A stretch of 64,000 nucleotides of DNA from an uncultured Oscillospiraceae bacterium (GCA_944386055.1 CALWZP010000008.1:28671-92670), one strand, 5' to 3'; counted from the first letter of the stretch, positions 1 through 7,321 are shown. Numbers and translations: made by a program. Notes: generated by a model from the sequence alone, not told the origin.

Positions 1-104
1 ACTTTTTCCGCGCGCAGAAAGGACCTCGCCCTCAGGCGAAACAACAGCACAGACCGTCAGCTCCGCAAAAAACCGCGAAAAAGGGAAAAATTTCTGCCGT
101 CCTC

Positions 105-133
105 TTGACATGCCTATATTTCCGATATATATT
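105..133 (+). promoter_or_regulatory. sigma-70-type promoter of the PadR operon (-35 TTGACA 105-110, 17-nt spacer, -10 TATATT 128-133)
   Basis: Hexamers and spacing were read directly from the sequence. The site lies about 50 nt upstream of the PadR ATG. Confidence 0.5.
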
Positions 134-143
134 GATGACAGAG

Positions 144-164
144 GTACATAGAAAATCTATGTAC
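144..164. promoter_or_regulatory. Perfect inverted repeat GTACATAG-N5-CTATGTAC, a candidate PadR autoregulatory operator
   Basis: 8-bp arms with a 5-nt spacer, lying between the -10 box and the SD (AAAGGAG 168-174). It contains the ATGT/ACAT half-sites typical of PadR operators. Confidence 0.5.
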
Positions 165-182
165 AGAAAGGAGCGTAGAATC

Positions 183-533
183 ATGAGCGGAGAAAAGAAC
201 CCCCTGGCGGGGAGCACCACCCTGCTGGTGCTGTCCCTTCTGGCCCAGAAGGACATGTACGGCTACCAGATGATCGCCGAGCTGGAGGAGCGGATGGACC
301 GCACCTTCAGCATGAAGGAGGGGACCCTCTACCCCATCCTTCACGGCCTGGAGAACCAGGGGGCGCTGAAGTCCTACAACAAGGAGGCGCCCTCGGGCAA
401 GACCCGGAAGTACTACCATATCACCAAAAAAGGACTGTCCCTGCTGAAGGAGAAGCGGGAGGAGTGGACCACCTTCACCGAGAAGGTGAACGCCGTCATC
501 GCCAGCGCCGGCCCCCTGCCTGACCTGGCATGA
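183..533 (+). CDS. PadR family winged-helix transcriptional regulator
   Basis: The ORF 105..533 was trimmed to the ATG at 183, which is preceded by AAAGGAG. The sequence LLVLSLL..DMYGYQMI..L....F.MKEGTLYPILHGLENQG.L is a classic PadR signature. The stop overlaps the next start (ATGA). Confidence 0.9.
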   Translation: MSGEKNPLAGSTTLLVLSLLAQKDMYGYQMIAELEERMDRTFSMKEGTLYPILHGLENQGALKSYNKEAPSGKTRKYYHITKKGLSLLKEKREEWTTFTEKVNAVIASAGPLPDLA

Positions 534-1315
534 GCACCGGCGGGGAGGGCGGGGGAGAGGGCCGCGCCCCCTTTGCCCGCTTCACCGACCAGGTCTGCGG
601 CCAGATCCTGTTCCGCCCCGCCCACCGGCGGGTGCGGGCAGAGCTCACCGCCCACCTGGAGGACCGGGCGGAGGCGCTGGAGGCCCGGGGCGTCCCCCCG
701 GAGGAGGCCGAGGAACAGGCGGTGGCCGCCATGGGCGACCCGAAGCGCCTGGGAAAGGCCCTGCACAAGGAGCACTGGCCCATCCTGGGCTGGATCGGGC
801 TGCTGTGGCCGGCGGCGCTGATGCTGGTCATCATTCTTCGGTTTTTCGTGGCGCCCTATCTCCCCGGGACGCTCTATCTCCGGGCGGCCGGGGTGGACCC
901 GGGGCAGGTGATCTTCTCCAGCAGCCCGAACCGGAACATAGAGCAGTCCGGCGTCTTTATCACCAGGGAGGGGGCGGAGTACCATTTTTACCGAACGGCC
1001 ATCCCGAAAGCCCTGGCGCTCCTGGTGTCCGACGAGGCGGTGGCCGTGGTCGGGCATGTGTCCTACGACCTGGTCACCGGGGAGATCACCTGGGAAAAGG
1101 AGCTGCCCTGGATATACGGCTCTGCTGTGGAGAGCGGGGACGATATCCACCTGAGATTTATATGGGCGACCAACGAAAACGGCCGGCCGGACGCGGGGAT
1201 GTACCACATGGGTCTGCTGCCGGCGGAGGACATCGACCCGGCCTGGCGGACCGACCTGTATCAGGAGATCGGGGACGGGCTGGCCCTGTTCGCCGGGTAT
1301 GAGACAGATTGGTGA
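530..1315 (+). CDS. Family A copy 1: PadR-associated membrane protein with a DUF1700/permease-prefix (HAAS-like) N-domain, 1 TM and a divergent ectodomain
   Basis: The gene is translationally coupled to PadR. Its N-terminus (FTDQVCGQILFRPAHRRVRAELTAHLEDRAEALEARGVPPEEAEEQAVAAMGDPKRLGKAL.KEH) is a diverged version of the module shared by the five downstream paralogs. A single hydrophobic span follows. Confidence 0.7.
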   Translation: MSTGGEGGGEGRAPFARFTDQVCGQILFRPAHRRVRAELTAHLEDRAEALEARGVPPEEAEEQAVAAMGDPKRLGKALHKEHWPILGWIGLLWPAALMLVIILRFFVAPYLPGTLYLRAAGVDPGQVIFSSSPNRNIEQSGVFITREGAEYHFYRTAIPKALALLVSDEAVAVVGHVSYDLVTGEITWEKELPWIYGSAVESGDDIHLRFIWATNENGRPDAGMYHMGLLPAEDIDPAWRTDLYQEIGDGLALFAGYETDW

Positions 1316-1344
1316 GACAGGGGCCTGACAGAGGGGGGAGCGAT

Positions 1345-2100
1345 ATGGACAGAAGCCCACGGGAGGAATTCATCGAAGCGGTGTGTGCCCAGGTCCGCTT
1401 CACCCCCGCCCGGAAGCAGATTGCCGACGAGCTGCGGGCCCATCTGGAGGACCGGGCGGCCATGCTGACCGAGCACGGCGTCACTCCCGAGGACGCCGCC
1501 GCCCGCGCCGTGGCATCCATGGGCGACCCGGAGGAGATCGGCGTAGCGCTGGATAAGGAGCACTCCTCCTTCTGGGGGTGGACGGCGGAGCTGGCCGGGG
1601 TGTTCATCGGGCTGGTGATCGCCCTCTTCCTGCTGTTCGGGTGGTTGGGAATCTTCTTCCTGCAGGAGGACTTCGACGGCGCCTTCCTCTACCGGTACAG
1701 CACCTCCGGCATGGACCACTATCTGAGCATGTATGACGAGGAGGACACCATCTGCAAGGGCCGGACCCTGGCCCTGCTGGAGACGGAGGAGTACTGGGCG
1801 GTGGTCACCGGGGTGGGGCTGTGCGTCCCTACCCCCGCCCTGCAGACGGACTGCTTTGTGATCTATAAAAATCCCTTCGTCCATGAGCACCCCCGGTATT
1901 CCGGCTGCGTCCGGGTGGAGGGGGTAGAGGGGGAGAACGGCCCCCTGGACAGCTGGGCGCTGGCCCAAGCCTACGAGCTGTGGCGGGAGGGCGAGGGGCC
2001 AATGCCGGACATCCCGGAGGAGCTCACCCTCACCCTGGTGAGCGACCTGGGGAAGTCCGTTACAATCACGGTGCCCATGACCTGGAGAAATGGAGGGTGA
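1345..2100 (+). CDS. Family A copy 2 (HAAS-like N-module + TM + divergent ectodomain)
   Basis: The ORF 1309..2100 was trimmed to the ATG at 1345 after a GAGGGGGGA SD. It carries the motif FIEAVCAQVRFTPARKQIADELRAHLEDRAAMLTEHGVTPEDAAARAVASMGDPEEIG. Confidence 0.7.
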   Translation: MDRSPREEFIEAVCAQVRFTPARKQIADELRAHLEDRAAMLTEHGVTPEDAAARAVASMGDPEEIGVALDKEHSSFWGWTAELAGVFIGLVIALFLLFGWLGIFFLQEDFDGAFLYRYSTSGMDHYLSMYDEEDTICKGRTLALLETEEYWAVVTGVGLCVPTPALQTDCFVIYKNPFVHEHPRYSGCVRVEGVEGENGPLDSWALAQAYELWREGEGPMPDIPEELTLTLVSDLGKSVTITVPMTWRNGG

Positions 2101-2103
2101 CTC

Positions 2104-2199
2104 ATGAGAAAACCCAACAACCGCGCCCGGGCGATCCGGAATGTGGTGATCCTGCTTCTGCTGCTGGTGTGGATCGCCGCCCTGATGCTGCCCCGGTGA
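2104..2199 (+). CDS. b1: 31-aa TM-only remnant of family B (MRKPNNRARAIRNVVILLLLLVWIAALMLPR), a possible minigene or pseudogene
   Basis: An ATG lies 4 nt after the A2 stop, with a GGAGGGTGA SD. The N-terminus matches the B-family signal-anchor pattern (basic residues, then IRN, then a hydrophobic helix). The ORF is too short for the ORF track. Confidence 0.4.
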   Translation: MRKPNNRARAIRNVVILLLLLVWIAALMLPR

Positions 2200-2219
2200 T
2201 GAGAGAGGAGGCCCGGGCC

Positions 2220-2657
2220 ATGGAAAAGCAAAAGTCCCCCGGCGGGGAGTTTATTGATGCGGTGTGCGCAAAGGTCCGGTTCACCCCCGCCCGGGAGAAA
2301 ATCGCGGAAGAACTCCAGGCCCACATAGAGGACCGGGCGGCCATGCTGACGGAGCACGGCGTCGCCCCGGAGAGCGCCGCCGCCCGGGCGGTGGCCGCCA
2401 TGGGCGACCCGGCGGAGATCGGCGCAGCGCTGGACAGAGAGCACTCCCCCTTCTGGGGGTGGATGGCCATCTGGACCGATATCGCGCGGTATCTGGTGCT
2501 GTTCCTGGTGGGGCTGATGGTGCTCTTTATCCTGATGGGGGAGGACCTCCCCACGCCGATGAGGCCAATGGCGGTCCACGACTGCGGGGGACAGGCCGCG
2601 CCGGTGGGCTGTGAATGGGCCGGACATGAGACGGGAGAGGAGGGTGAGGCGCTGTGA
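2220..2657 (+). CDS. Family A copy 3 (HAAS-like N-module + TM, short 45-aa ectodomain)
   Basis: The ORF 1980..2657 was trimmed to MEKQKSPGGEFIDAVCAKVRFTPAREKIAEELQAHIEDRAAML.... The SD is GAGAGGAGG. The stop overlaps the B1 start (GTGA). Confidence 0.7.
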   Translation: MEKQKSPGGEFIDAVCAKVRFTPAREKIAEELQAHIEDRAAMLTEHGVAPESAAARAVAAMGDPAEIGAALDREHSPFWGWMAIWTDIARYLVLFLVGLMVLFILMGEDLPTPMRPMAVHDCGGQAAPVGCEWAGHETGEEGEAL

Positions 2658-3358
2658 ACAGGAGAAACGCCATCCGCACCGGGGTCAACCTGCTGGTGGT
2701 GGGGGCCTTTGTGGCGTGGCTGCTGCTCAGCATCCGCCCCTGCTTCACCCCGGGGATGGTGCTGTGGTATACCCAGCACGACCTCGGCAGCTCCTTCACC
2801 GGCAATGTCTACGAGTCCACCGCCGGAAACGGCGGCACGGTCTGGACGGGCCGGATGGGGGACGGATACGGCCTCATCGCGGCGGAGAAGGAGGGACTTC
2901 TGTACCGCCGGAGCGCCGCCTATCTCATCGGACCGGGAGACCCGATCTCGTACACGCAGGAAAACCTGGACGGCCAGATCCAGGGCTACTTCTTCGGCCA
3001 TGTCAGCGACCCAGACATCGTCCGGGTGGAGGTGATCTGGCGGGCGGGCCACGCTCAGGACAACGGCGAGACCCAGAGCATCGTCATCACGGAATTTCAC
3101 GAGGGGATGTTCCACTTCTTCCTGGGGTTCCAGTCGTACATCTATGATTCCCCCCTGTTTTACGATCTCACCGTGGGCATGGACTACATCCTCTCTGCCT
3201 ACGACGCGGCGGGGGAGCTGGTCTGCCGATACGACGACTGGGATTGGGAGACGGCTCCGGGTCCGCTGGAGGAGGGGGTCCGTCCGGTGGAGCGGGACTG
3301 GGCCGACGGCCTGTCCACCAGAAAAACAGGGTGGACCACCGTCTATATCCGCCCCTGA
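2654..3358 (+). CDS. Family B copy 1: N-terminally anchored extracytoplasmic protein of unknown function
   Basis: GTG start overlapping the A3 stop. It has a signal-anchor (MNRRNAIRTGVNLLVVGAFVAWLLL) and the motifs RPxFTPxM, GLxAAEKEGLLYR, FFGHV.DPDI.RVEV, TEF..GMF and DYILSAYDAAGELVCRYD, ending in TTVYIRP. These motifs are shared with B2 and B3. Confidence 0.7.
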   Translation: MNRRNAIRTGVNLLVVGAFVAWLLLSIRPCFTPGMVLWYTQHDLGSSFTGNVYESTAGNGGTVWTGRMGDGYGLIAAEKEGLLYRRSAAYLIGPGDPISYTQENLDGQIQGYFFGHVSDPDIVRVEVIWRAGHAQDNGETQSIVITEFHEGMFHFFLGFQSYIYDSPLFYDLTVGMDYILSAYDAAGELVCRYDDWDWETAPGPLEEGVRPVERDWADGLSTRKTGWTTVYIRP

Positions 3359-3376
3359 CAGAGAGGAGGGCCGGCC

Positions 3377-4126
3377 ATGGAAAAGCAGAATACCCCCGGC
3401 GGGGAATTTGTTGACGCGGTGTGTGCCAAAGTCCGCTTCAAGCCCGCCCGGAAGCAGATCGCCGCGGAGCTCCGGGCCCACCTGGAGGACCGGGCGGCCA
3501 TGCTGGAAGAGCACGGCGTGCCGCCTGAGGACGCCGCCGCCCGGGCCGTGGCCGCCATGGGGGACCCGGAAGAGATCGGCACGGCCCTGGACAGGGAGCA
3601 CTCCCCCCTCTGGGGCTGGGCGGCGTTGTGGGCCGATGTGGCGCGGTATCTGGCGCTGGCGGCGCTGGCGCTGTGGCTGGGGCTGATTTTGATGTCCGTC
3701 GTGCCGGCGCCGGAGCTGTTCCACACCGGCGAGATCGCGTACGACGAGTTCCGGTGGACCGAGGCGGGGCCGGAGGAGTACCGGCAGGAGACGATCTCCC
3801 TCCACATCCCCTTCGAGACGGAGGACTCCTGGGGGGTGGTGCAGTCGGCGGAGCTGCGGCGGGGCGCCCGGTGGATGGAGGTCACCATCCGCTATGCGGA
3901 GCTGACCAAGGACCCCTTTCTGCCGGTGGCCCACGATGTCTGGTGCCGGCAGATCCGGGGGGCGGACGGCGCTGTGCTGGCGGCGCGGGACTCCCGGTGG
4001 GCCGAGCTGGAAAATCAGCCGGTGGAGGGCCCGCCGCCCGAGACGCTGTATCTGGACCTGGTCACCGCCCGGGGGACGGAGTTCACCGTGGAGGTGCCGT
4101 TGGAAGCGGGAGGTGAGGGGCAGTGA
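3377..4126 (+). CDS. Family A copy 4
   Basis: The protein begins MEKQNTPGGEFVDAVCAKVRFKPARKQIAAELRAHLEDRAAMLEEHGVPPEDAAARAVAAMGDPEEIGTALDREHSPLWGW, followed by a TM span and a 150-aa ectodomain. The stop overlaps the B2 start (GTGA). Confidence 0.7.
   Translation: MEKQNTPGGEFVDAVCAKVRFKPARKQIAAELRAHLEDRAAMLEEHGVPPEDAAARAVAAMGDPEEIGTALDREHSPLWGWAALWADVARYLALAALALWLGLILMSVVPAPELFHTGEIAYDEFRWTEAGPEEYRQETISLHIPFETEDSWGVVQSAELRRGARWMEVTIRYAELTKDPFLPVAHDVWCRQIRGADGAVLAARDSRWAELENQPVEGPPPETLYLDLVTARGTEFTVEVPLEAGGEGQ
3545..3625 (+). repeat. 81-nt tract in A4 that reads identical to 6015..6095 in A6
   Basis: Visual comparison (gccgtggccgccatgggggacccggaagagatcggcacggccctggacagggagcactcccccctctggggctgggcggcg). 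It overlaps the 3' end of the A5/A6 tract, which makes A6 a mosaic. Confidence 0.75.
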
Positions 4127-4848
4127 ACAGGAAAAAGGCGGTCCGCATTGGGGCAGATCTGGCGGTGATCGCCCTGGTGGCGGCCGTCATAGCGATGTGG
4201 TGGCTGCTGGGCAGCCGCCCCAGCTTCACCCCGGAGATGGCCCTGGAGCGCGCCCAGCGCTGGTACGGCAGCTTCTTCACCGGCCAGGTGTACGAGCTGC
4301 CCGGCGAGGCGGGCGGCGCCGTCTGGCTGGGCCGGATGGGGGAGGAGTACGGCCTCGTCGCGGCGGAGAAGGAGGGGCTGCTGTACCGCGGGACCGCCGT
4401 CAACACCATCCGGGATCTGGAGGGGCAGCCGCTGGTGTTCACGGAGGGGCCGGAGCAGATCGGCCTGACGGAAAATCAGGGCTGGTTCTTCGGCCATGTC
4501 ACCGACCCGGACATCGCCCGGGTGGAGGTGTTCTGGAAGAAAAGCAGCCAGGACCCCTTTGACGCATTCCAGAGCGTCGCCGTCACCGAATTTTACGACG
4601 GGATGTTCTGCTTCCCCATGGGCTTTGTGGAGGCCGAGGGGCCTTGGTTTAATCCCTACCGCGTCTCTGCGGACTACATCCTCTCGGCCTACGATGAGGA
4701 GGGGGAGCTGGTGTGCCGCTATGACCAGTGGAATTGGCAGGAGGGCCTGTGGCTGGAGGCGGACGGGCTCCGCCGTGTGGACTGGAACTGGGCCGACGGC
4801 CTGCCCACCGTGGAGACAGAGTACACCACCGTCTACATCTGCCCCTGA
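4123..4848 (+). CDS. Family B copy 2
   Basis: GTG start overlapping the A4 stop. It shows the same motif set as B1 and ends TTVYICP. Confidence 0.7.
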   Translation: MNRKKAVRIGADLAVIALVAAVIAMWWLLGSRPSFTPEMALERAQRWYGSFFTGQVYELPGEAGGAVWLGRMGEEYGLVAAEKEGLLYRGTAVNTIRDLEGQPLVFTEGPEQIGLTENQGWFFGHVTDPDIARVEVFWKKSSQDPFDAFQSVAVTEFYDGMFCFPMGFVEAEGPWFNPYRVSADYILSAYDEEGELVCRYDQWNWQEGLWLEADGLRRVDWNWADGLPTVETEYTTVYICP

Positions 4849-4868
4849 CAGAGAGAGGAGGGCCGGTC

Positions 4869-5672
4869 ATGGAAAAGCAGAAAACTCCTGGCGGGGAGTT
4901 TATTGACGCAGTGTGTGCCAAAGTCCGCTTCAAGCCCGCCCGGCAGCAAATTGCCCAGGAACTCCAGGCCCACCTGGAGGACCGGGCGGCCATGCTGGAG
5001 GCGCACGGCGTCACCCCCGAGGACGCCGCCGCCCGTGCCGTGGCCGCCATGGGGGACCCGGAGGAGATCGGCGCGGTCCTGGACAGGGAGCACTCCCCCT
5101 TCTGGGGGCGGGCCAGCCGGGTGACCCTGGTGCTGGCGGCGCTGCCTCTGCTGCTCTTTCTGGCCAGCGGGCTTTACTGGTTCGGCCTCCACGACGATGA
5201 CGGCAATTTGGACACCCTGTTCCTCTTCAGGGAGGCGCTGGACTACGGCACTGCGGACAATCTGGTGGGATCGGTCCAGGTGGGGGAGTGGTACGACACG
5301 GGATACGGCTGGATCTACCTAAGCGGGGTGGACATCTATGCCTGGGCCCACGAGGGGGTCAGCGAGCTGATCTTTGATTTCGACCAGCTCTACATCCGCC
5401 GGGCCCCCCGGGACCGCCAGCACGCCCGGGTCACCTTTACGCCCCTGCGGGTGTATGACGAGACGGGACAGTACCAGGAGGGCTGGCTGTACCGCGGCGC
5501 CCCCACCAGGACCCTGTATCTGGTCTTTGGGGACCCGGACGACTCCATCTACACCACCCAGGTGGAGCTGGACCTGGAGGTGGTCCAGCGGGTCCGGCTG
5601 GAGAGCCTGCAGGTCCTCGCCGGGCGCAGCGAGGCGGATGACGCCTGGCAAAACCCCGCCTATCTGCCGTGA
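4869..5672 (+). CDS. Family A copy 5
   Basis: The ORF 4728..5672 was trimmed to the ATG at 4869 (MEKQKTPGGEFIDAVC...) after a GAGAGGAGGG SD. Its N-module is nucleotide-identical to A6 over 164 nt. Confidence 0.7.
   Translation: MEKQKTPGGEFIDAVCAKVRFKPARQQIAQELQAHLEDRAAMLEAHGVTPEDAAARAVAAMGDPEEIGAVLDREHSPFWGRASRVTLVLAALPLLLFLASGLYWFGLHDDDGNLDTLFLFREALDYGTADNLVGSVQVGEWYDTGYGWIYLSGVDIYAWAHEGVSELIFDFDQLYIRRAPRDRQHARVTFTPLRVYDETGQYQEGWLYRGAPTRTLYLVFGDPDDSIYTTQVELDLEVVQRVRLESLQVLAGRSEADDAWQNPAYLP
4899..5062 (+). repeat. 164-nt tract in A5 that reads identical to 5877..6040 in A6
   Basis: Base-by-base visual comparison of the two stretches (tttattgacgcagtgtgtgcc ... ccatgggggacccgga). Both flanks diverge. 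Confidence 0.8.
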
Positions 5673-5688
5673 GAGAGAGGAGATCAAG

Positions 5689-5817
5689 ATGACCCGAAAG
5701 AACCGCCGGCGGACCATCCGCAACCTGATCGTGTTCCTGCTGCTGACCCTGTGGTGCGGCGCGCTGCTGGTCCGGGAGGTCTGCCCCGAGCTGTTTTACT
5801 ACCCCTATGTCCCCTGA
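5689..5817 (+). CDS. b2: 42-aa TM-only remnant of family B (MTRKNRRRTIRNLIVFLLLTLWCGALLVREVCPELFYYPYVP)
   Basis: ATG after a GAGAGAGAGGAG SD. It has a B-like N-terminal anchor, and its last residues (Y..P-stop) resemble the B C-terminus TTVYI[RC]P-stop. This fits an internal deletion of the ectodomain. Confidence 0.4.
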   Translation: MTRKNRRRTIRNLIVFLLLTLWCGALLVREVCPELFYYPYVP

Positions 5818-5846
5818 GTACCCGGGCATCAAGAGGAGGTGTCCCC

Positions 5847-6593
5847 ATGGAAGAGAAGAAGTCCCCCGGCGGGGAATTTATTGACGCAGTGTGTGCCAAA
5901 GTCCGCTTCAAGCCCGCCCGGCAGCAAATTGCCCAGGAACTCCAGGCCCACCTGGAGGACCGGGCGGCCATGCTGGAGGCGCACGGCGTCACCCCCGAGG
6001 ACGCCGCCGCCCGTGCCGTGGCCGCCATGGGGGACCCGGAAGAGATCGGCACGGCCCTGGACAGGGAGCACTCCCCCCTCTGGGGCTGGGCGGCGGTGTG
6101 GACATTTGTGGCGCGGTGCATTGTGGCATTTTTTGTGCTAATCGCGGTGATGCTACAGGTGGGACAACCTGGATTTTCCCATGCCTTTTTCAATACATCC
6201 CGGGCGGGCTTCATCTCCCCGCGGGAACAGCCCCTGATGACGGTCTCCCTGGGGCAGTGGTATGCCACAGAGCACCTTCTGGTCCGAATGAATAAAGCGG
6301 AGGTCTACCAGTATGCCGGCCCGCCGCGCGTCGGCTCGCTCCCCCCGCTCATAGGCGATTATACCGTAGAGATCAGCTATACCCAGTGGTATCGGAACCC
6401 CTTCCTGCGGACGGACCGGCAGTATGTCACCTGTCAGGACATCTGGGATGATGAGACGGGGGCGCATTATCCGGACGGTATCCTGGGGGACGCCAGGCCG
6501 CAGACGCTCTATCTCCAGCTGTCGGAGCCGGACGGGGAGCCCTTCGTGGTGGAGGTGCCCCTGGACTGGGAGGAGGTGAACGGGGATGTCTGA
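5847..6593 (+). CDS. Family A copy 6
   Basis: The ORF 5751..6593 was trimmed to the ATG at 5847 (MEEKKSPGGEFIDAVC...) after an AAGAGGAGG SD. The stop overlaps the B3 start region. Confidence 0.7.
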   Translation: MEEKKSPGGEFIDAVCAKVRFKPARQQIAQELQAHLEDRAAMLEAHGVTPEDAAARAVAAMGDPEEIGTALDREHSPLWGWAAVWTFVARCIVAFFVLIAVMLQVGQPGFSHAFFNTSRAGFISPREQPLMTVSLGQWYATEHLLVRMNKAEVYQYAGPPRVGSLPPLIGDYTVEISYTQWYRNPFLRTDRQYVTCQDIWDDETGAHYPDGILGDARPQTLYLQLSEPDGEPFVVEVPLDWEEVNGDV

Positions 6594-7275
6594 CAGAAGG
6601 CGGGCGGCGCGAAACCTGATCACCATCGTAATCCTGGTCCTGATCCCGGCATCCCTCTACCTGATCGTCGAGCAGCCCAATTTTACCCCGGGCATGGCCC
6701 GCTTCCGGGTGGAGTATGAGTACGGCGTCCGGCTGACCCAGGTCAGCGAGGTGAAGCTGGATCTGGACCGGGACCGGAGCGGCTGGAACGAGGCACAGCA
6801 ATTTGGAGCTCTGGCCTATGCAGAGGATGCCGTCTGTATGTTTGGCCGGGTGGGAAAGGACTACGCCCTCATCGCCGCCGATCGGCACAAGGGGGAACTG
6901 TGGTGGGACGAGCTCTGGTACTGCCGTCTCCGGCCTCAGGAGGGGGTGCCTGTGGTCAGCTCTCACGAGTGGGGGCTATATGAAGGCGGCACAAAACTGA
7001 TCCAGGGGATACAGCGCGGCGACATGGTATTCTGCGCGGTGCTGGATCCAGACATCACAAGGGTGGAGCTAACCTACCCTCAGAGCATGGAAAACCGTGT
7101 ATGTACCGTGGAGGCCACGGAGTTTTATGACGGGATGTTCCTGCTCTATCTCGGAGACTGGCAGTATGACCACTACATCCTCTCCGCCTACGACGCGGCG
7201 GGGGAACTGGTCTACCGGGATACCCGCTGGGGCGCGGATCAGGGCTGGATCGAAGAGACCTATATCCGCCCATAA
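6586..7275 (+). CDS. Family B copy 3 (most diverged)
   Basis: The ATG at 6586 overlaps the end of A6. It has a signal-anchor (MSDRRRAARNLITIVILVLIPASLYLIV) and the motifs QPNFTPGM, DPDITRVEL, TEFYDGMF and HYILSAYDAAGELVYRD, ending in YIRP. Confidence 0.7.
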   Translation: MSDRRRAARNLITIVILVLIPASLYLIVEQPNFTPGMARFRVEYEYGVRLTQVSEVKLDLDRDRSGWNEAQQFGALAYAEDAVCMFGRVGKDYALIAADRHKGELWWDELWYCRLRPQEGVPVVSSHEWGLYEGGTKLIQGIQRGDMVFCAVLDPDITRVELTYPQSMENRVCTVEATEFYDGMFLLYLGDWQYDHYILSAYDAAGELVYRDTRWGADQGWIEETYIRP

Positions 7276-7279
7276 AAAC

Positions 7280-7311
7280 AGGGCCGCGGAGGGGGATCCC
7301 TCCACGGCCCT
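7280..7311. terminator. GC-rich hairpin between the convergent B3 and rlmI-like genes (bidirectional terminator candidate)
   Basis: AGGGCCGCGGAGGG-gat-CCCTCCACGGCCCT, a 14-bp stem with one G-U pair. An A-run lies upstream and TGCCGCATTT downstream. Confidence 0.55.
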
Positions 7312-7321
7312 GCCGCATTTC

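Noticed and set aside
2102-3934. Very long ORFs antisense to, or out of frame with, the called genes. Examples: 413..1360(-), 2102..3934(-, 610 aa), 7097..8917(+, 606 aa), 10195..11880(-, 561 aa), 13652..16414(-, 920 aa), 27823..30102(-, 759 aa), 32182..33846(-), 36499..38325(-), 44967..46019(+), 52260..54188(-), 57071..58792(-).
   Set aside because: These are typical high-GC shadow ORFs. They are rich in Arg/Gly/Pro/His/Gln and low in complexity, have no SD, and each is fully overlapped by a gene with clear family signatures on the other strand or frame.
530-7275. Periodic repetition of about 1.5 kb that could at first glance suggest a repeat array or CRISPR-like structure.
   Set aside because: The repeat units are full protein-coding cassettes (A+B genes) with SDs and coupled stops/starts. 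There are no short direct repeats with unique spacers and no cas genes.
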